In this document: positions 16,848-24,014 of the stretch, one piece after another
Layout of the letters: the number at the start of each line of letters is the position of its first letter
Position numbering within the stretch: position 1 is the stretch's first letter
IMG/VR virus record: IMGVR_UViG_3300030059_002771
Location: 1-24,014 of that record
Source: a virus
Lineage: Duplodnaviria; Caudoviricetes
Direction: 5' to 3' (one strand)
DNA length: 24,014 bases
Notes under the pieces: model-generated
What the model was told of the DNA's origin: nothing
The model's input: the letters and a program-made list of their open reading frames with translations, nothing else
Databases searched by the model: none
Position numbers and translations under genes: made by a program

Positions 16848-19800
16848 ATGGCAAATTGTAAAGAATTACATAAAGAAGGTACCGATGAATATAAAGCTTG
16901 TGTAGAGCAGAATAAACTCGAGGTAGAAGAAATAGAACTAGACGAGGTGGTTGTTGAAGGAAAAAAACAACCAAAAACTTCAGGTGAAGTCATTAATATT
17001 GATGGTAGACAACAGGTTAGTTTTAAAATTGATAAACCAAAAGAAGAAGAAAAAGTTAAAAAAGATGCTGACCCAATAGACACAGCTAGCTATCTTATAA
17101 ATTCTCTTACTCCTTTTACTATTGATCCAGATGTTGGTAGTTTCTGGCAAGATTCAAAAAACTGGTTTTCTACTCAGATTGAAAAAACAAGCAAAATATT
17201 TGATGCCGTTGACAAGGTAGTAGATGCTGTTGGAGAAGCTAAAGATTTAAATGTTTTAGAAAACCTGACTCTTCCAGTGGAAGGTTTAGACATGCTAGAC
17301 CTGAGTATTGAAGATGGAAAATTAAAAGAAGATATAGTTGCTTATGATGAAACTTATAAAATAATTGGAGAAAGTCTAGGTTTTATAGATATTGCAAACT
17401 TAGAATTAAAACAATACAATGCTTTGTCAGATTTAGCAACTGACAATTTAATTATTCAAAGAAAAAAAGATTTAACACCTGCTGAACAAGCTAATTTAAG
17501 TAGCTACATGCCATCTGGTGTAGATATTTGGGCTGAAACTATGCGTATTATAAAGCGATCTATTCCTTATGCTAGTCAAGAAAAATATACTCCCGTAGAT
17601 GCCGCTGCTGAAGCTTTAGGTATTGAAGACAGTGGAATGACGAGTTTAATAGCTGATTTTTATGGTTATGCTAGAAATGGATGGATACAAGGTGAAGGAG
17701 TTCAGAAAGCTTTTGAAATGTTTAATAGTGAAGATGAAGCTGAATTAGAAAATACTCAAAAATTTATTGCTCACAATGCAAACGCAACCGCTTTAAATTA
17801 TACGTCTGATAGCTACATAGCTTATACTAAAGATAGAGATAAATATTTAAAACAAGGGGATGGAAATTTTTGGTCTATAACAAAAGCTTTAATAAAACAT
17901 CCAAAAACTATTTTAACAACCGGAATACAATCTTCTTTTTTAAACATGAGCAATGTTATAACTTCTGAAGAAGCTAGATCAAGAGGTTATGAAAGAGCTT
18001 TAGAAGGTGCGGCTACCGCAGCTCTTTATAGTAAAAATCCATATGTTGCTGTTGTAGGTATGGGTGCTGGATTTGCATCTGGAACCATGGAAATGTTAGA
18101 ATTACAAGTAACATCTACAGAGATATTAGATGAATTAATAAGAGAAGGTGGTTTAGGCAATAGTATACTTGACTTAAGTGAAGAAGAAATATTAAACTTA
18201 TTAGGTGACGAAAAGAAGATGAATGATCTTCTTAAAAGAGCTGATGATAGAAGTAAGGTTATAAGTGCAGGTACATTTATAGCGGCTATGATAACATATT
18301 CAAGTGGTGTTGGTCTTAGAAAACTAGGAATGAGCGCGTTGAAAACATTAGCTATTTTAACCGCTGGTAACGTTGTTGCTGAAGGCGCTATAGAAGCTGG
18401 TGGGCAAGTAGCTCAAGGCAATGATCTAAATTCTCCAGAAGCTGCAGAAGAAATAATACGTGAAAGTATTACTATGGGTCCTGGGCAATTTATTGCTGGA
18501 ATTGCTTCTGTTACAACTAAAATTGAAAAAAATAATATACAAAGAGAAGCAACTTCTATAGCTAATAAAGCGGGTTTTAGTTTTGCTGAAATATTTGATG
18601 GAAATTCAACCGCTACTGGTGTAGAGATAATAAATACTGGTTTTAATCAAGAGCAACTACAACTAATATTAAATAAATTAGTATTTAGTAAAGGTATGTC
18701 TTTAAATGAATCAAAAGAAATTTTAAAGAACTTTCAAAGCTTAAAAGCTTTTGTAAATAAAACAAAACCATTAGCTAAAAAATATAATTTTGACGATGCT
18801 CAAATAGCTAGAATAGCAGATATTTTATCAGAAAAACAAGAAAATCAAAAGTTAATAGATCAATATAAAGATTCGTCGCCTTTAATAACTCCGCTGCTAG
18901 AAGCTAATGATGAACTAGATACAGAGCTTGGAGATATAATAGCTACAGTAGGTATTGCACAAGAGGGTGTGGGCCTTGATGAAGTAGTTGTAACTGGTCA
19001 AAAAAAGAAAAAAACTGGATACGAAACAGTTCAAGGTAAAAAAATAAATGATTTAGTTGGGCCTAGAAAAGAAAATGGAGAGTACGATGTTACTAAAGAA
19101 GAATGGGATACTAATATTAGAGAAAAAGTCATTGCTACAATATTTGAACAAGAATTGTTGCAAGGTTTAATAGCTTCACAAATAACTGGGGAAATGGAAA
19201 GATTACCTAATTTTTCTCGAGAAGATTTTATTAGTGAGACTATAACAGAATTAATACCACATATAAGAAACTTTAATCCTGAGGTTAATAATTCACTAAC
19301 GGGTTGGACAAACTCTCAAATAATCAACAAAAAGAAAAACGCATTAAAAGGAGGGAAATCTGGAACAAAAGAAAAATTTGAATCTTCCATACAAAGTGGA
19401 TCAGTAGATGGTAAAGAAATACAGATTGAAGATGACTCAACACAGGAAGGTATAGATGCAGAAGCACAGGTAGAACCTGCTAAAGTTGTAGGAGATTTAA
19501 TAGCTGATATGGTTGGTATTGATTCAGAAACCACCGAAGCAGCAGCAGATCAAACTATAAAAAGTCCTATTACAATAGAGAAAAAAGGAAGCCCAAACCA
19601 GGCTGTTAAAGATGTCTCAGACATAGGTAAAGTTAAGTTTTATGATATGATAATGGAAGCTTTTGGCGGTCCGTTAGGTACAACAGGTAATAAAATTGGT
19701 AATTTTACTACGTTTCTTGAGGTTAATGCAGAAAACATATTAAAAATATTAGAAAATCAAGGTGCTATAAAAAACAAACAACTATCTGGACTGTATGGTC

Positions 19801-22800
19801 CTAGAAAAATAGATAGAACAACTGGTAAGTTTGACAAAGGAGCGGGTAAAGGTATTTTTGAATACGATAATCCAAACCCTACAGCACAAGATTTAATTAC
19901 TTTTTTAACTGATCCTAACATAGGAATGACTACGTTAAGAAATAGACAAGAAAAATTTGCTGACATACTAGCTGGTTTACTTAATAGAGCTAAAACTAAA
20001 GAACTAGGAGACACAAAGCAAGGTGCTAAGGTTTTTGATGAATCACAAAGTATTGTTAATCCAGACATACCTGATGCTGTTGCTCAAATATTAGCACAAA
20101 TAGATGTAGTTGTAGGAAAACTAGATGCGGTTGGTAAAAATCAATTAGGATCTGGTGTTAGCCCTGCTTTAATAGCTAATTTACTTAGTGGTGGATTAAA
20201 ATTAGTTAGATCTGGTATTAAAGGTACTATTAGCTTAGTTCAATCTTTAGGTAGATTAAAAAGATATTTAACTACTAAAGCTGGCAACGCTGATTTAGCG
20301 AACATTATAACAAGTTATTTTGTTGACAAAGTAACTCAAGGTAAAGTTAATGAAATAAATGAAAGTTCGGTACGTCAAATATTAACAGAGTTTGCTGTTG
20401 TAACTGGTAACGTCAATATATTGTTAACAAAGCACAAGCAAGCTAAAACTTATGATTTAAAATCAAAAACCAGTATTGATAACTATATTGCTGATATTAA
20501 AGAAAATTTATTACCTTTAATGCCAAAAGGTTTTTGGTTTGGTAAAAGCGGTGGAACTCAATTTACTGGAAGTTCTAAGCTGGTAGGAACTTCTATTAAT
20601 GATAAAAAATTATACAAATATTTTGAAAGTGAAGTAAAAAAACTAAACAATGATAAGCAAGAGTTTGGAGCACCTATTTTAGATAAAGAAGGTAAAGAGA
20701 TAAATTTTTCAATAGCTGGTTATTCTACTTTATTTGGAACACCAGGTAAAGCTGAGTTAAACATTGAAAATGGAAAAGTTGCTGATTTTAATACAAAAAT
20801 TGGTTTAATACATAAAGCATTATGGAAAAGAACTTTTGCAGCAATAAAAAATAATCCAAAAGAAGCAACTGTTATAGCAAACTATATGAAAGGCGTTGGA
20901 AGCAATACCGGGCATTGGCACAAAATGGGCGCTAAATTTGCTGGTTATTCTAATGTTATGACTGATGGAGTTGTATTTGAACATGCGATGCCTGCAACTG
21001 CTGCTTACATATATTTACTTGATGCTGCTTTATCAGGTAAAGATTTTACTACAGAGTATAGTAATATTATCAAAAATTACAAGCTAATAGCTTTAAGTAA
21101 AAAAAATGATAATAAAATTAATAAAGTTACCTACAATGGAACCAAAGCCTGGTTAAAAACTCGTATGAATCCAGGTTGGTTTGTAGAAACTGGTAAATGG
21201 TACGATAGATATTTTAATAACTTAGTTGCACAAATTAACGGAGGTATTGATCCTGATTCTATTATAATGTTAGATGGTAGAACTTTAGGTGAAACTTTTG
21301 GTATACAAACCTCGCAAGGAAGGCCAGAGGCTATAATAAATGATATTAATGTTAAAGTTGTTGATAAGATTGCTGAAGGACAAAAAGCTGTAGAAAAGAA
21401 TCCTAATTTAATACCTAAAATTAATCAAGATCTAGATAAAGAATTTAATATTATTATTCAAGAAACTAAAGGTTTAGACGCTAATAAAAAATATTCAGAT
21501 ATTGGAGCTAGAAGAGCAGGTAGAAAAAAAACTGCTTGGCAATTGTTTATGCCTGCAGGAGCTCAAGATTTTATGTTGTTAATGGAAAACTTTTTAACAA
21601 AAAGATCTTTAGGAGAAAAACAAAAACTTTGGTTTGAAAAAAACCTGCTTAAACCTTACTCAAAAGGTATAGCTAAAATGGAAATATATGGAGCTCAGTT
21701 AAAGAACGATTTTGAAGCTTTAAAGAAATTGTTTCCTAAGGTTAATAAGATTTTAGGCAATGAAATAAAAGGATTAGGATATACTAATGATCAAGCTATT
21801 AGAGTTTATCTTTGGGATCAATATGGTTTTGAAGTACCTGGTATTTCAAAAACTGATAAAAAGAAACTAATAGCTCATGTTGTTAAAGATGATGATTTAA
21901 GAAGTTTTGCAGCAGGATTAAAAGCTATAAGTAAACAAGGTACTTGGACTAAGCCTAGTGCTTATTGGGATACTGGTAGCATAGTAAAAGATATAAATGA
22001 TTTATCAAATAAAGTAAGTAGAAAACAATACTTAGCAGAGTTTATAAAAAATTCTGGTATTATATTTAGTGACAAGAACTTAAATAAAATTGAAGCAGTT
22101 TATGGTATAGAACTTAGAGAGTCTATTGAAGACATACTTTATCGTATGAAAAATGGAACTAACAGGTCATCTACTCAAGATAGATTAACAAACGCTTTTT
22201 CAACTTGGCTTAACAATGCTGTTGGTGCAATAATGTTTGTTAACACAAGATCTGCTTTTTTACAATTACTTTCTATGTTGAATTACACTAACACTAGAGA
22301 AAACAATCCATTAGCAATTATTAAAGCTGTTTTAAATGTTAAACAGTTTAGCGCAGACGTGTACTATATACTTAATAGTCCTAAAATGAAAAAGAGGTTT
22401 GCTGGTGAAGGTAGAGGCGTAAATGAAGCGGAAATTGCTAGTGCCTTAAATAGCTCAACAAACAAAGCTTCTTCTTTATTAGCTTATTTATTAAAAATAG
22501 GATTTACGCCTACAAGAGCTGCAGATGCTGTTGCTATTGGTTTTGGTGGTGCTCCTTATTATAGAAATAATATAAATAAATACAAAAAACTAGGTTATTC
22601 TGATGTTGATGCTCAAAAACTAGCTTGGGATGATTTCTCTAGAACAACAGATGAATTACAACAGTCTGCAGATCCTAGTCTTATATCTAAACAACAGGCT
22701 AGTGTGTTAGGTAGATTTATACTTGCTTTTCAAAATACACCTATGCAGTATACAAGAAGCATGATAAAAGATGGTCAAGCATTTATTAAGAGAAGAAGAA

Positions 22801-23669
22801 TACCTGGTTTAACTCAATCAGAAAGTGATAGAGTTTATATAGGAAGAATAATATATTATGGAGCTGTACAGAATTTTATGTTTGCAGCTTTACAAAATGC
22901 TTTATTTGCTTTAATACCTGGCTTTACGGATGAAGGAGAAGAAGAACTAGACGAAGAAGGTAAATTAATGCAAGTAAAACAAGTGAGAATCATAAATAGT
23001 ATGATTGATACTGTTTTAAGAGGTAGCGGAATATATGGAGCTATTGTAGCAACTTTAAAAAATGTTACAATGAAATACTATCAAGAAGAAGGTAAAACTC
23101 CTTTTTCTAAAGATCACAGAAATACATTAATAGAAATATTAAATCTTTCGCCACCAATAGGTTCTAAGATTAGAAAAATAAATAATGCATTAAAAATAAA
23201 AGATTACGATAAAGATGTTATAGAACAAAGAGGTTGGGATGTAACTCTTGATGGTAAAATAAACCTAAGTCCTTCTTACAGTGTTATAGGTAATGTAACT
23301 GAAGGTATTACAAATGTTCCTTTAGCTCGTATGGTTGATGAAGTAAATAGATTAGCTGAAATGCTAGATAATAGAAATAGTTCAATGCAACGAATTGCTT
23401 TAGGATTAGGATGGAGAACTTGGGACGTTAGAGCTGATAATGAAGAGCACGATTTAATTAAAACCGAAGCTAAAGCTGAAAGAAAAATCAAAGGTATTGA
23501 AAAAGGTAAAAAAACAAGACGTGATAATTTACATAAAAAATACATTGAAGAAATGATAAGTTTAGGTATATACACTATGGATGATGCTAGTATAACTAAA
23601 GATGAAGCTAAAGCAAAATTAAAACAATATAAAAAGAATAACAAACCAACTAATATTTTACAAGAATGA
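16848..23669 (+). CDS. Large multidomain internal virion / ejection protein (2273 aa)
   Basis: Last and largest gene of the post-nozzle trio. Only two Cys (residues 4 and 18). Gly/Ala hydrophobic stretches at about residues 385-555. Helical C-terminal region with GRFILAFQNTPMQY resembling large phage internal proteins. Confidence 0.7.
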   Translation: MANCKELHKEGTDEYKACVEQNKLEVEEIELDEVVVEGKKQPKTSGEVINIDGRQQVSFKIDKPKEEEKVKKDADPIDTASYLINSLTPFTIDPDVGSFWQDSKNWFSTQIEKTSKIFDAVDKVVDAVGEAKDLNVLENLTLPVEGLDMLDLSIEDGKLKEDIVAYDETYKIIGESLGFIDIANLELKQYNALSDLATDNLIIQRKKDLTPAEQANLSSYMPSGVDIWAETMRIIKRSIPYASQEKYTPVDAAAEALGIEDSGMTSLIADFYGYARNGWIQGEGVQKAFEMFNSEDEAELENTQKFIAHNANATALNYTSDSYIAYTKDRDKYLKQGDGNFWSITKALIKHPKTILTTGIQSSFLNMSNVITSEEARSRGYERALEGAATAALYSKNPYVAVVGMGAGFASGTMEMLELQVTSTEILDELIREGGLGNSILDLSEEEILNLLGDEKKMNDLLKRADDRSKVISAGTFIAAMITYSSGVGLRKLGMSALKTLAILTAGNVVAEGAIEAGGQVAQGNDLNSPEAAEEIIRESITMGPGQFIAGIASVTTKIEKNNIQREATSIANKAGFSFAEIFDGNSTATGVEIINTGFNQEQLQLILNKLVFSKGMSLNESKEILKNFQSLKAFVNKTKPLAKKYNFDDAQIARIADILSEKQENQKLIDQYKDSSPLITPLLEANDELDTELGDIIATVGIAQEGVGLDEVVVTGQKKKKTGYETVQGKKINDLVGPRKENGEYDVTKEEWDTNIREKVIATIFEQELLQGLIASQITGEMERLPNFSREDFISETITELIPHIRNFNPEVNNSLTGWTNSQIINKKKNALKGGKSGTKEKFESSIQSGSVDGKEIQIEDDSTQEGIDAEAQVEPAKVVGDLIADMVGIDSETTEAAADQTIKSPITIEKKGSPNQAVKDVSDIGKVKFYDMIMEAFGGPLGTTGNKIGNFTTFLEVNAENILKILENQGAIKNKQLSGLYGPRKIDRTTGKFDKGAGKGIFEYDNPNPTAQDLITFLTDPNIGMTTLRNRQEKFADILAGLLNRAKTKELGDTKQGAKVFDESQSIVNPDIPDAVAQILAQIDVVVGKLDAVGKNQLGSGVSPALIANLLSGGLKLVRSGIKGTISLVQSLGRLKRYLTTKAGNADLANIITSYFVDKVTQGKVNEINESSVRQILTEFAVVTGNVNILLTKHKQAKTYDLKSKTSIDNYIADIKENLLPLMPKGFWFGKSGGTQFTGSSKLVGTSINDKKLYKYFESEVKKLNNDKQEFGAPILDKEGKEINFSIAGYSTLFGTPGKAELNIENGKVADFNTKIGLIHKALWKRTFAAIKNNPKEATVIANYMKGVGSNTGHWHKMGAKFAGYSNVMTDGVVFEHAMPATAAYIYLLDAALSGKDFTTEYSNIIKNYKLIALSKKNDNKINKVTYNGTKAWLKTRMNPGWFVETGKWYDRYFNNLVAQINGGIDPDSIIMLDGRTLGETFGIQTSQGRPEAIINDINVKVVDKIAEGQKAVEKNPNLIPKINQDLDKEFNIIIQETKGLDANKKYSDIGARRAGRKKTAWQLFMPAGAQDFMLLMENFLTKRSLGEKQKLWFEKNLLKPYSKGIAKMEIYGAQLKNDFEALKKLFPKVNKILGNEIKGLGYTNDQAIRVYLWDQYGFEVPGISKTDKKKLIAHVVKDDDLRSFAAGLKAISKQGTWTKPSAYWDTGSIVKDINDLSNKVSRKQYLAEFIKNSGIIFSDKNLNKIEAVYGIELRESIEDILYRMKNGTNRSSTQDRLTNAFSTWLNNAVGAIMFVNTRSAFLQLLSMLNYTNTRENNPLAIIKAVLNVKQFSADVYYILNSPKMKKRFAGEGRGVNEAEIASALNSSTNKASSLLAYLLKIGFTPTRAADAVAIGFGGAPYYRNNINKYKKLGYSDVDAQKLAWDDFSRTTDELQQSADPSLISKQQASVLGRFILAFQNTPMQYTRSMIKDGQAFIKRRRIPGLTQSESDRVYIGRIIYYGAVQNFMFAALQNALFALIPGFTDEGEEELDEEGKLMQVKQVRIINSMIDTVLRGSGIYGAIVATLKNVTMKYYQEEGKTPFSKDHRNTLIEILNLSPPIGSKIRKINNALKIKDYDKDVIEQRGWDVTLDGKINLSPSYSVIGNVTEGITNVPLARMVDEVNRLAEMLDNRNSSMQRIALGLGWRTWDVRADNEEHDLIKTEAKAERKIKGIEKGKKTRRDNLHKKYIEEMISLGIYTMDDASITKDEAKAKLKQYKKNNKPTNILQE

Positions 23670-23821
23670 AATCACCTTTACTTAAAAAAATTATGAAAGG
23701 GCCAAGTTGCTGGAAAGGCTATAAAGCTCAAGGAAAGAAAAAATCTCCTAGTGGAAAGAAAAATCCAGATGGAACTCCAAAGATGGTTAATAATTGTGTT
23801 AAAATAGGCAAAAAAAAATAA
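23666..23821 (+). CDS. Small basic protein, 51 aa (MKSPLLKKIMKGPSCWKGYKAQGKKKSPSGKKNPDGTPKMVNNCVKIGKKK); not in the ORF track
   Basis: Translated by hand. ATGA overlap with the upstream stop. CWKGY...NCV motif that I recall from small marine-phage proteins. Confidence 0.72.
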   Translation: MKSPLLKKIMKGPSCWKGYKAQGKKKSPSGKKNPDGTPKMVNNCVKIGKKK

Positions 23822-23823
23822 CT

Positions 23824-23946
23824 ATGGCATTTAAAATACATAAAATGTACGGAAAAGATGGAGAGGTTAAAACAGCTAAAACCATGAAAGATCATTTGGC
23901 TTTAAAAAAGAAAGGATATAATCACACTAAAAAACCTAAAAAATGA
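23824..23946 (+). CDS. Small basic His-containing protein, 40 aa (MAFKIHKMYGKDGEVKTAKTMKDHLALKKKGYNHTKKPKK); not in the ORF track
   Basis: Translated by hand. Starts 2 nt after the previous stop, has A at -3, and ends in an ATGA overlap with the next gene. Confidence 0.68.
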   Translation: MAFKIHKMYGKDGEVKTAKTMKDHLALKKKGYNHTKKPKK

Positions 23947-24014
23947 AAAAATTAATGTTACCGTTTGTTGTATTGATAATTATAATGTTATTGTTTACCT
24001 ACAGTTGTGGAACA
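23943..24014 (+). CDS. Lipoprotein N-terminus, 3'-truncated (MKKLMLPFVVLIIIMLLFTYSCGT...); possible spanin or other envelope lipoprotein
   Basis: Basic n-region, long hydrophobic h-region and lipobox-like TYS-C at residue 22; ATGA-coupled start. Confidence 0.65.
   Translation, partial: MKKLMLPFVVLIIIMLLFTYSCGT

Noticed and set aside
736-23644. All minus-strand ORFs in the track (736-1125, 1899-2117, 6495-6677, 8010-8231, 12020-12346, 12585-12794, 12809-13114, 15550-15780, 15917-16183, 16841-17083, 19316-19534, 19757-20068, 23276-23644, 4548-4739)
   Set aside because: They lie essentially entirely antisense to long, well-supported + strand genes. Most have the Ser/Leu/Phe-rich composition of antisense shadows, and none has a recognisable motif.
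16848-23669. Giant protein as a crAss-type virion RNA polymerase
   Set aside because: I found no DxDGD/DFDID-type catalytic motif. The closest string (DADPID) lies in a disordered-looking N-terminal region.
1-24014. Stop-codon reassignment as in some crAss-like phages (no + strand gene here ends in TAG)
   Set aside because: All genes read through at full length in the standard code with tight spacing. TAA preference is expected in AT-rich DNA, and TGA appears at the ATGA overlaps.
1-24014. CRISPR array, tRNA, intron/intein, diversity-generating retroelement or IS element
   Set aside because: Intergenic gaps are all under 80 nt. I saw no spaced direct repeats, no reverse transcriptase, transposase or intein motifs, and no long near-identical DNA repeat pair by eye.

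Overview
AT-rich, gene-dense window in which all credible genes lie on the + strand. It is the packaging and morphogenesis module of a tailed dsDNA phage with a short-tailed (podovirus) layout resembling crAss-related and Flavobacteria-infecting phages. Gene order: terminase large subunit (5'-truncated), portal, scaffold, major capsid protein, a conserved hypothetical, two tail ring/adaptor proteins, a tail nozzle/muzzle split over two genes, three nearly Cys-free putative ejection proteins (216, ~364, 2273 aa), two tiny basic ORFs and the start of a lipoprotein. A Bacteroidota host is inferred from Shine-Dalgarno-less starts with A at -3. The most interesting object is the 2273-aa protein. 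It has two SusC-type TonB-box-like motifs (LDEVVVEG, LDEVVVTG), a sigma70 region-2-like segment and a His-Me-finger-like segment. My hypothesis is a TonB-energised, virion-delivered polyprotein that redirects host RNA polymerase. All family calls come from motif recognition and synteny by eye; no searches were run.
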